Origin: Takakia lepidozioides
Lineage: Eukaryota; Plantae; Bryophyta
NCBI GenBank assembly: GCA_030704615.1
Contig: CM060734.1
Location: 32,240,001 to 32,304,000, forward strand
Direction: 5' to 3'
Length of the DNA stretch: 64,000 nucleotides
The position numbers were made by a program, and so were the translations under genes. Shown here one piece after another: positions 50,826 through 64,000 of the stretch. Position 1 is the first letter of the stretch; every line of letters begins with the position of its first letter. A model generated the notes under the pieces. It did no database searches. It saw nothing but the letters and a program-made list of their open reading frames with translations, and had not been told where the DNA came from.

Positions 50826-53800
50826 TTACATCGACAGCACAGCCTGTTCGCTACCAAATCTTTGTAACAAAAACTCGTCCAATTCTCCAGCTTTCTGGGC
50901 TCCACTGGGACTGACAGCATCTGATGGCAACCCGCGAACACAAGCCAAAATGTGTTGCACGTCTCTACATAGCCTGCCACCAAAATATGTTGTACGCCTC
51001 ATTAGCAACATGTAAACAGTGCAATAGAGTTTCTCATTTCTAGCTGAGTAACAGAGCATGAGGATTTCATCAAGCCCGATGGGGTGTGGGTCAAAAGGCC
51101 TTTCTTCCTGGCAACTACAAATGGGAACAAGGGCTTAAACAGAGTCAAGTACCTGCGTTTAGCCTGGGGAGTATTCACGTCTAGTTTGGAGAATGAATCG
51201 GCAAGTTGAGAGTGAAAGAGAAGCACCACACGCCTGACCAAAGCACCAATCATGAGTAATAATGGTTGTTTAAGTTCAGTACATGAAACACCAGACTACT
51301 TAAAGACACTGTCACATGCAATACTCCTCAATCCTGCAAAGAATTCTCATGTAAGATGATCTCAACACCCACAAGCTTAGTAGTACTGACGTCACAAAAA
51401 TGACTGGAAACGTGAGTGTCAATCTGCAAATATGCATAATGGTGAAGGCCCATTTGGTCAAATGGACATTGCTGACTGCTATAGAAGGAAACCTTGTATT
51501 AGTTAGAGAACAGCCGTACTTTAACAGTATTCTTTATCTCCAGACTGTGAGTTGCTGTTGGTAGGACTAATCTTGTGTTGGGGTTCTGAGACACATCTCC
51601 TAAACATCAAAAGTCTTAAAGAGCGTCAATCTACACAGGGCTCAAGACTTCCCAGGCAGGATGTGAATCTCAAGACATTTAAAGTGGACCATTGAGGGCC
51701 CTAGTCAGCTAAGTAGTCACACTCACGTGAATATAGATCGAACATCAGCATCCAGGAGTAGAGGTGACAAAACTCTGTGCAGCACACCAACTTCCTGCAT
51801 TCAAAGCATAAAAGAAAAAATTAGGGAGGAAGAGAAATATGCAATGAGAGGAGAGTTAACACTCTTTCTCTCGAAACCATTTGTGATGACTACCTGACCC
51901 ACCTCAAGAATCTCACCTTGGTCAAAGCACGTGCGAATTGGCTGGGCTGAGTGTCACCATCGTCTGCCCGGTTCCAAGTTTCTACAATCTGCGGCAGGGT
52001 CCGCAGGTGTACAAGCAAGCGCTCTTTCATGATTGCCACCAGCTTGGAGTGGATCTCATCCCTATGTACTCTGTAATCCTGAATAGCCGAGTCCATCCTC
52101 CCATCAACTCCTTTAACCAAAGAAACCCTGAGGTTACAAATGCATTCAATCCAGATGTTTTCAGCACTTCTTAGCACCAATGCACAATGTCCTCCCACCA
52201 ATTGAAGAACTCTGAGCTGTCAAACCATGTGCACGACATCCAAAAACAAAAATATAGATTCAACAATTCCATTGACTTGATATCACAAAACTTGTATCTT
52301 CCTGTACCTGCCCCACACGATCAATCTCTGTCAGCAGCAATGCCTTGCGCGCCTCTGGAATATGAATGGCTAGTAGCCTCCGAATATCTGCAGAGCTTAG
52401 CGACATCATTTCAGAAAGACAACAGTGCTTGCATCTTTCCTGCACATGACATGTAGATGAGTAGCTGACTAGACACATCTGCACTCATCAGTTCCTACCC
52501 AAAGAACAATAGAATTTTAACCTCAGTTTTGCTCCTGGCACTGTTGCTGACCATACAAAGAAAGGAGCTATAGGCTGCTACAGGACCAAAGGTCATGAAA
52601 GACTTGGAGATGTACCAGGAATCAAAGCATAGAAGAAGCTAATACTCTGGCTTGCCAATGCCAAGTGCTTAGCTGTGATTGATTTCAAGCCAGAAACCTG
52701 TCCATACATCCAATCACAACAAGCCACAACAAAGACTTGGTTAAAATAGTCTCAGATGGGAGAATTACAACAGTCGTGGGAGGACTCACACCGGCTCAAC
52801 TTGAGAGTAGAGGGGATGCTCCATGTCAAGTTGAATGAAATTACGAAAAACAGAACAAGAGAGTTTGATTGATTTCTTGAACCACACGACCAGCTCCATA
52901 CAGGGTGTTGCATGAGAGCCTTCATGGATCCCAGGATTGGCCAATAGCACAAGATAAGACATCAGATCAAAGATCACATATATTCCCCTATTCCTTATGT
53001 GAGTAGGCTGGAGGTAGAAACCTGCATGGCCCCAGCACCAAGCACCAGCTGACAAGAACGAGAGTTGAAAAGCTTTAAGATTTCAGCGACGCGATGTACA
53101 ACTTCTGTGGCCAACGCAGGCAGTGCACTACTGATATCCAAGTACTCCGCAATCATCTTCAACAATATGAGTCCACTGCCACCACCATCACCCACAACAT
53201 TGGTATGTGTCAGATGGAATTCACAAAAAACCGAAATAAATGGCACAATAGAACAAAGATGGGAAGAGAAGAACCAATAAACAGCATGCTGATCCCATAC
53301 TTGTTGCTCAAAGATCCTGGGTGTTGAATGACGAGGCACAATCAGTGCTAAGAGATTGAAAAGCTGCTAGTTGCTGTCAGCCTGGTTACAGCTGTCTTCA
53401 TTGGATATGATGATAAAAGAAACTGCATGCCTCACATTAAAGTCTCACAACAGGAACAAGCCCATGTCAGAGCTATATACTACTAGCCCCTGTGAGCACT
53501 AGAACCACCAAAAGTTAGAAATGTTACTTGAAACATGGACAACTCATCACTGGTATCCAGGACCAGCATTGTGCCTTGTGGTAAACTGCCAGCCACCAGC
53601 CTTCTTCCTTCCTTCTGAATATGAAGTTTTCTTATTTTAATTTCGTGTCTATGGTGGATATTGGGAACTGTGCATCCCCTTCAAGGTCCATATAAGCAAG
53701 CATCCAGATATGCCATGCATGAGATATCTTAGGATAGGTGAAAATATGTGCAGTCTTAGATTTTCCCCAAAAATTATCTAAAGAGGGAAGAGAAGATCGT

Positions 53801-56800
53801 GCGGGAAAAAGTACCAGTTCACACAGTGGTAACCTGTTCCTCGAATTTGGAGAGTCTTCACAGATGTCTTCTCTCGGACCTTCTTGCCCTTGGCTACTGG
53901 TGCATCTGACAGAATTATGTCACCTGGTGAAGAGCCAGGAGGAAGGGGCGCACGCTTAGACATACCGCCATTAGCAGCTTCCGCTCCTTCAATGGCAGGA
54001 ATTTCAGCTGGAGTTTCTTTGGTCACAACCTGTTCAGGAGTATTCACCAGTGAGGACATTACAGAAGAAGCTTTAGGTGCAGCTCTTGACGAAATTTGTG
54101 TGTTTAAAATAGTGCTACAGGTTATAAGCTTTTGTCTTCAGCTCCCTTTCCCCACCCAAAACCAGACCAATACCATGTACTGACCTATCATATACAGATA
54201 TTTATGGAGAAACCAGACCAAAGATTACAGTCCTATCTTGCACAGCCTCCGTGATTCTGTTCTCAACACACAAGCTTTTTTGGTTGCTATTACAGCTCTA
54301 CAGTGTCCCAAAGTCCCAGGGGACCTCCTGTGTGAGTAATGAAATCTCTCCCATAAGCTATGTGAGCTTCCCACGGACGATATAAAGTACTATTTCATTT
54401 CATTTCCTTGTTTCTCTCTCCTTTTCACTAAATCAATTTCCAACCACTCCCACCTCACCGTGCCATTGGCTTGACTGATGTCGCTCTCTAAAACCAACGT
54501 CTCTTCAATAATGGGGGACTGTGTGGTGTCACTGACAGTCTGGTCAAGGGAGTCTGCACGAGCCAGAGAAACCTCCTCACTGGTGTACAGGTTGCCATTA
54601 CTAGGTGCCTCTGTCGCTGTGAATGAGTCCACAATGGCCTGAAACTCATCAGGTGCATCAATGGCTGCCCATGTTTCTTGCTCCAGCACCGCAACAATTT
54701 TGGACATCTGTGATCAAAAGAGCAACCCTAAGACAGGAAAGAATGAATTGATTTCCAAGACCTTAGATCTTCAAATTCAAAAATGGGTGAGCTCATCTGG
54801 GTGCAAGAACTAGCCCGGAGAAACACAAGCTCTCTCTCTGAATAGTGTTCTACTCTGGGCACTTTATAATATATCAGCAGTGCTGTTTGAAAGACAAAAA
54901 CAAGGTTACATTGGTTAGCAATGTACGAGAGCACATACTCGGGTGCTGTGTTGATTGTCAACAAACAACTTGGATTGTGACTGCAATGTGCCTCGAATAC
55001 TGTAGCCCAATCGGCCCCCAACCTGTGCAGCCCAATAAATATACTTCAAGATCTTACATAGAAGGGCTCCCCTGCTTACATCCAGATCAGCCACCAGGAT
55101 ACTCCAACACCACTGTCAGAAATCTTGGAGCTCATTGATTGGTTGGAAACTATGGTCATATACTTCTCTTAGGCTAGATGGGTCCCTGCTCCAAAGGACA
55201 AGTCTGCGCATTGGACCTTCAATTAGAGCTAGATAAGAGATTAGGACCCCAACACACAGATTTAACAAGGAGTAGAGTTGAAAGTTTTTCTAAAACATTT
55301 CTCCACTGCATTTCAAACTTACCACTTTAATACCACAGATATTATCAAGGGTTTGTGTAGGCAGAAAGATAATCCGAGAAACCCCTACATACCTTCTCAG
55401 TGGCTGAAATAAAGTCCTGAGTTATCTCGTATATGCTAACAAACTATGCAACATGGCAAAATTGGGGTGATAGTGCACGTCACACCAGCAGCTTCGGCCC
55501 CACTATTTCATGTGCTGCATCACATGCCGCACATACTGCCTCCGTGTTCTCTCGTAGCATATCCGCCCTGACACCCAAATGTGATTTTTCAATCCTAAAG
55601 GTAACACTGATCCCTCTCGTCAATAAACACCGCAAACTAGCAACAACAAAGCTGGGAAAACCCCAAAACAAAGACCAATCAGAGTTCACAGCTCCCGATT
55701 GCAAGACTTTTTATTTGACCTTATTTTTGGTCAGGGAGCTCAACTTATGTGGATCAGAACCGCTTGAAAAGCACACTGCAGAAACCCCACAGACACCCTT
55801 ACCGGAACTGCCGGGAGATGCTTGTCGCAGAGCTTGCTCTGCCCAATGTACTGCTAGTTGAAGAAGAGTCCTGGGCTAGAGTCCGAAAAGAGCCAGGGGA
55901 ACCTTCTTGTGCAGCATCGGCAGCTGCCACTGCTGCAGCTCCTGAGGCAAATGCTGCTGCCACAGCCTCTGCTGCATAGCTCCCTTGTAGCCCTCCGATT
56001 ATTTGCTCTATCACAATCCTCACCTCAGCCGCTCGCAACAACCGTGCCTGTCCCCACCCACCTCCTGACATGTTCTTGGCTATCTGCCCCTCTATTGGTC
56101 TTCCAAAACAAGGAAATTGAAACAAGGCTACATAAATTGATTACGCAGTAAGAACAAGACTGTTGACTCTCCCGGCTGTAAATCAGCTTCCCCCCTCCCC
56201 ATGTCCACCTACACTCCATTCCCATTTTTCCTGTCTTCTTGCTTGTAAAAGTGTAGAATCTCTTTGTCTATCATGCTAGAAAATTTGTAGATAAATGTTG
56301 TAATACAAATAAGGCCAGTAAAAGGCTAAAGAGGAAGACGTACCACTGTGACAATGGGCCAGAGGAAAAAAGATCCAACCAATTCCCAATTGTCACAGAA
56401 TACTAAGTACCTGGACTGTTGAAAAGACAGCAGAAAGCAGTCGTACGAAGTTCTCTGCTGAAAGCCCCCTCAACTTGAATGCTAGAGATATACCCCCAAC
56501 TGCAACACCAGAAGCCCATATGTAGAATGTAGGAGTCTCTGATACACTCCAATATTGATAGCAAAGAGGGATTGAGAAATCAACATCAATGAAATGAATC
56601 AGAAGCAAGGGATCCTCATTCTCGCGGCATTCTGTTGTTATATACAGTGCGGTTGGTTAACAATCTCAGAAATGTAAGTTAACCCTTACAACGGAGGTGA
56701 TGCCCAGTTTTACTGATCTTCAGGGATTTAGTATATGTCCCCAAGGGAGCCAGGGTCCCACTAGTTTCATTGATGTTTATTCCTTAAACCATGTAGAATC

Positions 56801-59800
56801 TTTTGGCTGATGTATGTGTCTGACAGAAAGTTTTGTTGTTATATTGCAGCATTCTGTTGTTATGTTCAGTGCAACTGTTGGTTAACATGTAAGTTAACCC
56901 TTACGTAGGAGGTGATGCCCAGTTTTACTATCTTCAGGGTAATACATGTCCCCAAGGGATTGAACCTCCTGAGGTCCCACCAGTCACTGAAAAGCTTTCT
57001 GTCAGACACATATCAGCAAAAAATTATACATGCCCGGTTCAAAACAATATTGGATTATCCACTTTGGGATTATCCACTCCGAAGGTGTTATAAGATAGTA
57101 AAGTTTGGAAAGTGGACGAACCCTCCATATCTGTTTGCCGATCGGCAGAAGGAAAATCGCCACCATCAATCGGATGAGTGAATAAAATGGGAAGAAGTTC
57201 CGCCACCACTGTCTTAATGGCGGCCTTGATGTCAGTGATCAGCGTGTCTCTGTACACCCTCAAGACTGCAGGCAGCTTTGACTGTTCCAAAATTGACCCA
57301 ATTAACATGCATTACTATATGCCACTTCACAACATATCACTTTGAAATGCTACAGCAACATTTATAGGATTTATGACAAATCTAATGGCTATATTACTTC
57401 CACTCATTCAGCCAACAGAAGACATAATCCAGGGCATGAGTGGAAGAACCAGACCCCTGCCAGGGCCTGCTGAATCTTAGAGAATACTCCACAAATGGAA
57501 GGAATGAGATTTGCTTTCAGCTTACACTATAATTCCATCTTTATCATATTGGGAAACTTACAGTTCTTAGTAAGCCAATAACAATAGGCAGTAGTTGGTC
57601 ACGTAGGCCACCTTCTTCGTCATCATGAACTTGATCCTGCAAAAGCCCTCACAGCTAAGGTCTAGTGCCACTCCAGTTACATATTTCAGCCCAATGAGGG
57701 ATACAGACAGAGGCATATGGATGTACTCACTACACCTGCTTACCATACATTGCATAGACCAGATTTCTCCGCGAAGTACATATAGAATGAATTTGTGCAT
57801 CCTTCTTATGCTTTCAAAAAGGCCTCAGTTCATGAAAGCATACAACGGAAAATAGCAAGAATTAGAGATATTAAGTTGGACTTTGACTACCAAAAGAAGT
57901 CTAAACAGAATGCACACTTCACTTCGTGAGCTAATATGTAGTTTGCATACATTCTAAAGAGATAGGTACTCCACTGAAATTTCATGAAATGAGAGTTGCA
58001 GAGCACGTGGAGGTTCTTACAGTGTACAGTGCCAGTTCAGATTGCAACAAGCTCTGCTTTTGTTCTAACAGCAGTTGAGCACCCTACTGTGCCCTGAAAT
58101 TCCATTGATTTACCACCGGCATAGTGGAAAGGGTGAGATGAAAGGTACCTTAGAAGGCACAAGATCCTTAAATGTGGTCAGTTCTTTTTCTCTTCCATTT
58201 AACTTTGCCACAATTGCATTCGATTCAAGGTCCGCCGTCTCATGAATTGCTTCTCGCACGAAGTCCGCAGCCAGCGTGCTGCAAAGGCACAGTGATTATC
58301 ACATTCAGGTATCATTATATTAAACACACACAACGTTCTTAATCCGCATCAACTTAAGCTGTCTGTCCGTATGGCCAAGAGGAGACCACAACCATGACAA
58401 CACATTAGAATTATGTGCATTACATGAATTGGCCAAACAACTGGAAGACCAGATTTGATATCGATAATAACTAAAACTCCAGACAAGAGAGAAGGAAAGA
58501 AGATACCTATTCACAGACTCCAAGGCTGCTCCTAATTGGCTGCCTAGATGTCGAAAACAGTGCAGTCCCACCAGCTCGTCACCTTCCTGCATATCCAGAA
58601 ATCCAAAAAATAATTGACTGTGGCCATCAACAAAGTTTAGGCAATATTATATGGAGTAAGGACAAACACCACCTCCCGAGGGTTGGCTGATCCACAGGGG
58701 CTGTTATACCCATGGCAACCTGGAACATGCTCATAGCTGTCTACCCTCAATACAACTCTCTAAACCCTGATAATATGGTAAAACACCAAGGAACGGTTTG
58801 GATGATTGAAGATTCGGCCCTCTAGGATAACATTCTGAGGTAAATTATTGAAACACTGCAACCATGATGGTGTGCACGTGTTCGATACTTCAACCCAAGA
58901 CAAGTGGTGAAGACCTTGGTGTATGTTTCTTGAACCTACCATCTGAAAACCAATCTTGAAGGCACCAAAAATCATCGAAATTTGACAATTCTCAAGCAAT
59001 TTCAGTATGCCCTCAACAACTTCACAAACAGAACCCTGTAACACTTGTGAGCTGATTGTAGAGAGCAAGACCATGACAGTCGTAACCATGTCATGGCTAC
59101 TCCCCTCAGGACCCCTTCATGTATGGTCATATTAAGCTCTATAGTCTTCAGTGAAGCTGCTTCATAGAGCTCACTTACCAACAGAAAGATGGCAGCTGAT
59201 TAGGTTAGGGTTTAGCACTGCCCATAGATGCTTGTTGACAAATTTGCCAGCAGCCAAAAAACCTCTTTAAAATTGCAAGGGTTTATTGTCCAGGAAGTTT
59301 GCCAAGCCTTACCAGCAGGTGCTGCAAGTCGTCGATCACGTCAAGGGCACCAGCACAGTCTGCTGCAGCTACCAACTGTAGCCCATTCAAGTCACACACA
59401 AGTTAAACATACCTCTCACCAAGTTTGCAACTGACTTAAGGCATCACATTTATACAGGCAAGCTTGAGAAGACTCCAATGCCCCTCTGGACAAACATCCC
59501 GCCATCTTATACACCTCCAAACTTTCGCACACCAGAAACGCCTCAAAAACAGAACAGATACAGAAGGGACACAGTAAAAGAGCAAAAAAGCCATACCAGT
59601 CGCAGGGCAGAAATGGCCTGGTTGGCGTAGACCACAAGCTTGAGCTTCTGATGAAGGGCTAACATATTGTCACGATGCGTTGCCAATCCCTGAATATGAC
59701 GAGCAGATTCTACCAAGTCACCATCTAAAAGATGCACAGCAGCTTGAAGCTCCCGTATCTCCTCACATGCCCCTACTATTCGACCATTCAAATCTTCAAG

Positions 59801-60517
59801 CTGGTCGAGTGCTTCAAAAAATGAATTCGATCGAGCGGAGATCTCCCTCACCAAATGCACCTCCACTAGATCCAAGTACTGCGAGAGCTTCTCTTGCAGC
59901 ATCATGTTCTGAGGAATCGATGAGAATGGGCAAGCTGCTTGAAATGTCGATCCTTTTTCAAGTGCAAAATCTTCATCAAAATACAAGGAAGGGATCTCTC
60001 TGAGGCAAGCTACAAGCCCTTCTCCTTGACCTCCTCGCACTTCCCCTTCCAAGCTCCCCTCTGCTGCAACTGCAGCAGCCTCATTACTCTGCTCCCAGCT
60101 TGAATGCTGCCGCACATCCGCAAACCGGCTGTAGGCTTCAGAGACAGAGTCTAAGTAGGGCTGAAAATTGGCCTTCGATATCTCTGGAAGCGCCCCGGAT
60201 GGTAAAGGTGGTGGAGTGAGTTCCAAATGCGGATCCCCAGAAGTATGAAACAGCCAAGTGCCCCAAGAAGCATCGTTATTGTAAATGCCAGACTTACCAA
60301 GCCGAGGATTATTCAGCACGGAAGCAAGACTTTGCCCGTATTGACCGACATCTTCCTGGTTCACATGAATTGAGGAGAAGGATTGCCTGCTCTGCAATGA
60401 GACATCGCGGTTCGAACTTGTAGATCCGGCATAACTGGTGCCTGCATGTCCACTCCTCATCGATCTCTGAGGTCCATCGCTCACCAGAGATCTTCCCGTG
60501 GACGACGGGCCATCCAT
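50826..60517 (-). CDS. VPS54: Vacuolar protein sorting 54 (GARP complex subunit), multi-exon
   Basis: QSLASVLNNP, QEKLSQYLDLVEVHLVREIS.RSNSFFEAL, VGGRLGYSIRGTLQSQ, VLEQETWAAID, LKLFNSRSCQLVLGAGAMQ, HRDEIHSKLVAIMKERL; last exon ends FLLQRFGSEQAVLSM*. Confidence 0.95.
56627..56985. repeat. Imperfect ~130-bp direct duplication in a VPS54 intron
   Basis: GCATTCTGTTGTTAT...ATGTAAGTTAACCCTTAC...GGAGGTGATGCCCAGTTTTACT...TGTCCCCAAGGGA at ~56627 and ~56849. Confidence 0.85.
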
Positions 60518-60779
60518 GTTCCCCCTGGATCTGCTGTGCGCACCTCAATGCCACCATCAACAACCCGATCAATCATGCATGCTCAATTGCAGGGATACTC
60601 GTCGCGCTGCCACAATCCTTTGCTGCCCCTGCCTGCCAAACTGGACGAGTGTGCCTGGCTACTCGTCCCGCATGATTGTCTCTCCAACTCCCTCGCTCTC
60701 TTTCATCTTCTTTCCTTTTCCTTGTTTTTTCGTTTTTCCCTCTGCAAGAAACAACTCAGCTATCTTAGTAGTGCATGTT

Positions 60780-61360
60780 TTCCTTTTTTTCCCTGAACAA
60801 ACAACAAACTATAGTGTCACGTTTTTCCTTTTTTCCCTGAACAAGAAACAATAAAGTTTCTAGTACCAGGGCCTCTGTCCCAGTCCTGTTATTTATTTAT
60901 TTTTAAATTATAAAAGGCGTAGGCCAATTATTTTTATTAGAGGGAAAAAAATAAACCCAGAGTCACTGATGCCATGAGGCAAAAACACATCGAAAAGGAT
61001 GAGGGACAAGCCCAGACCAAAACAACAGAGACTGCCTGAATGGCAAATAATATTTTATTATTATTTTTTAAAAACAAGCTATCATATGTATCCAGTGCTT
61101 TTTCTTCTTTTCCAAAGCTTTGTACTGTTTTTTGTTTTTTTCCTGAACAATAAACAAGCTATGTATCCAGTGTTTTTTCCTGCAAAAGAAATAAGTTGTC
61201 TAGAGTTTTTTCAATTTCCCTGAATAAAAAACAAGCTTTTTTTCCCACATAAGTAAAAATTGAGGGCTTCTATCCCCTCTTATTTTTAGGGGGAGAAAAA
61301 AAAACAAGTTGTAAGCGGTTGTTTTCAATTTTTCCTGAACAAGAGACAAGCTATGTAGTG
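60780..61360. repeat. AT-rich degenerate repeats upstream of VPS54
   Basis: TTT(C)CCTGAA(C/T)AA and ACAAGCTAT recur several times. Confidence 0.65.
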
Positions 61361-61689
61361 TTTTTCCTTTCTTTTCCCTACTCTTTGAAGGAAAACATAA
61401 AAATGGATTAATGTAAGGGTAGATACTATTTCATAGGCACTTAAGGGTTAAGGTTGAAGCAGAAGAGGATATACCGGAAACTCTAAGAATATTCCTGAAA
61501 AGATGCGATAGCGAAACCAAAATGTGAAATTTGTGCTCACGGGAGCACAGGGCAGGCGAAGTTGGGGCATAAGATACGTGGTAATGTACCCTTGTCCCGC
61601 CATTGGCTAAGTACCGCGTACTTAGCCGTCTCTACCTGTGGCTCTTCTCTTGGGGAAACAAAAGGGACAGATCCTACCTCTGTCAGGGG

Positions 61690-62110
61690 CTGACGTTGGT
61701 AGTAAGACTTACCTTCACATATAGAATTAATCCGGGTTTTCCAGATATCCTCTACAAACCCCTTCACACAAGCATCAATCTGCTGTGTGTGAGTTGCCCA
61801 AAAACTAGGCCTCAGAAGGGGCTAGGCTTTTGGCTCAGCCTCGTTTTTTAAAGTTAGTAAACATAGGTACATGCACAATTCCCTTGATAGATTTGAAGAG
61901 AGCGTCTCTTTGGTGAGAGAACCCCGGACAATGTATCAGAAAATGAGTAATGTCTTCAGGTTGCCCACACAACGGGCAATTGCACTCTCCCGATCCTCTC
62001 TGCTTCTGTTTGCTTATCAACGGTCACTGCCGTCTCCATCAAAACTTTTCGTTGCTTAACAGTTGCGTATTTAGTCAAGTGCAAGTGACGCTGGATTCAA
62101 TCAGTAATAC
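61690..62110 (-). mobile_element. Non-LTR retrotransposon ORF2 3' end
   Basis: CPLCGQPEDITHFLIHCP (CCHC knuckle) followed by FVEDIWKTR. Confidence 0.8.
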
Positions 62111-63099
62111 GCGAAACTAGAATTAGTTCATTCTGTTTCGCCCACGAAAGCATAGGTATAGACATACCGCAGTAAACACGAAGCCATTCCAAAAAGAACT
62201 CAATTTATTTCGCCAACGAAAACATTCGACAATGACCTACACAACGGTAACTTCAAATTGCGTTAGAGAAACAAGAAGGAACATGCGAGATGGTCATGAT
62301 TACTCTGAACTTAGCTGGAGTTCAAAGCCACTTTTCATTCGCCAACCGTCACAAACAAATATGTACCAACACTAACGACACTGGTTTCGCTATTCCTAAT
62401 GCGCCCTGACCAGAAAACAAACATTGCTAGAAGAGCATGGTCCATCCAAAAACTAGTGCAAATGAACAATTTCCCTGGATTCTCAAGATGTCCACCTTTC
62501 AGCTGGAAGGCAATAGCCCTTGTGGTGAAGTGACACCATAAGTTACGCTCCCTTCGGGAGGCGTCATACTTTTTTTTACTTTCCTTGGATTCTCATTGAA
62601 ACAATGAAACAATGTCTTAAGGAAACTTCAATTCATATCGAGCTTTAGATCATCCACAAACAGTATACAGTCCGAACAAACCGTGAAGGCTCGTTGGGCA
62701 ATATGCCAGAGAACCAACCATTTTTTACAACTATCGTATCCTAATCCCAAACCATGTGCTCCAGGCTAGAATATTATATACTGTCGGATGGAGAGTAGAA
62801 AGTAGAAGTCGCATGGCAGGTGTGACCCATATGCACACTAACCTCCTCTCATCCCAGTAGAGGTCAGAACCTGCGCAAAAACAAATGGTAGTAAGAGTCT
62901 AAATCATTGTTTTAACCACAAAAGCAAAGAATCAATCCACTGCAGACCTAAATAATACCTCAGAAAGACCTGGCCGCCGAATGAACTGGAGATCCATCAG
63001 GCATCGTGTCCCATGCATTCTCCACGAACATATCAACAAAGTCAAGCTGCCCAGCTTCGTCCCGGATTGAGTTTGCAAACCCTCCAACATCGTAGACAC

Positions 63100-63533
63100 T
63101 AACTACGCATCCATCTCCAGAGCAAATAAATTCCGCCCCAAAATTCGTGCAGCTATCATCGAAGCACCTAGTATATGCATCGACGAGAAACAAGAATATT
63201 GAATAAAATGAAGATATATGAAGCATATATAGATACACATACATATACACCTATGTATCCAGATTGGATTCTCAAATTCTCTACCTGTCCGGCGGTAAAA
63301 TCGAACACACAAACCCCCAGCGGTGAGCAAGTCTCCAGCAATATGTGCATAAAGTTTGGGCTCTTCTCCTTGGAACCCCGCCAATACCTGCCAATACTCG
63401 CCCTCCTCTTCAAATAATTAGTGGGCATGTGATTAGAAATAACATTTTGAATCACAGGGTCGTGGACAGTGTTGACCCGAGATCCTCTGTCGGACAACTC
63501 AAACTTGGACTTGGACTTCACCAAGTAGAACGT
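63100..63533 (-). pseudogene. N6-adenine/N4-cytosine DNA methyltransferase-like (N6_N4_Mtase, beta-class C-terminal half) with a spliceosomal intron
   Basis: Exons 63285-63533 and 63167 downward, GT-AG intron 63168-63284. Translation WRGSKEKSPNFMHILLETCSPLGVCVFDFTAG(T)|GASMIAARILGRNLFALEMD requires +1 nt at the donor, and an in-frame TAG follows. Confidence 0.72.
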
Positions 63534-63749
63534 CTGAAACATACACCCGTGCAAATTTGAACTAGCTTCAGAAGGGATTTAGGATATAGGTCATAAATAG
63601 AAAAACAGCCGACATATCGATATCTAAGGCTCGGGAAAGATTCGCCAACGAATTTAAATCAAAGCTTAAACACGAGTCCAAAAATGATTTAAAATACGAG
63701 TGTTGTAATCACTACAACGGAATCCCCCAATGTAACAAAATCCTCAGGA

Positions 63750-64000
63750 AATGATGAGAGCATGGAGCAGATCGCAAGGGATGAGATTATTGCACGAGAG
63801 ATGGTTCGGAAGGAATAGCTTAGTCTTGCTCTACAAATGGACATGGATGCGAAAATTGCAGCAAACCTTGAGAGCCAGTATAACGCCGAATCATTTCAGG
63901 TTCAATCTGTTCCACCTTGACTTACAGCATGTGGACCGTGACTTCACTGAGGGTGACTATGAGACTCTTTTGGCATTGGATGAGGGCGTTGATCCAGAAC
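63750..64000 (+). pseudogene. Fragment resembling the pre-RING region of RING-H2 E3 ligases (SDIR1-like); runs off the window
   Basis: LQHVDRDFTEGDYETLLALDEG; upstream frame has stops. Confidence 0.5.

Noticed and set aside
63710-63720. CACTACAACGG, 10/11 identical to the CACTA TIR
   Set aside because: No subterminal repeats follow and the downstream sequence looks coding; probably chance, but not excluded.

Overview
Eukaryotic, intron-rich DNA from a green plant, most likely a non-seed land plant (inferred from a DXR with a transit-peptide-like N-terminus and the plant-type transposon content). Bases 1-21628 are a large CACTA (En/Spm) element. Its Tnp2 transposase was interrupted, with a 4-bp CATG duplication, by a Ty3/gypsy retrotransposon, and a ~6.6-kb inversion (~10807-17390) later scrambled both. 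Undoing the inversion shows the retroelement lacks two ordinary LTRs. It has split, circularly permuted repeats (B...PPT-A-gc-B-t-A), a candidate self-priming site instead of a tRNA PBS, and a PHD finger at the end of integrase. The CACTA's second (TnpA-like) gene lies on the opposite strand to Tnp2 and contains an FCP1/SCP-like phosphatase domain. Bases 22-34 kb are a TE graveyard: SWIM/MULE-like, Ty3, LINE, RING-CH fragment, a piggyBac transposase relic, hAT and SINE. Bases 35-60.5 kb hold three apparently intact host genes: a UTR2/4-type (SLC35B3-like) transporter (+), DXR (-) and VPS54 (-). The last 3 kb contain a LINE 3' end, an intron-containing N6/N4 DNA methyltransferase-like pseudogene and an E3-ligase-like fragment. 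All domain calls are by motif recognition; no searches were run.
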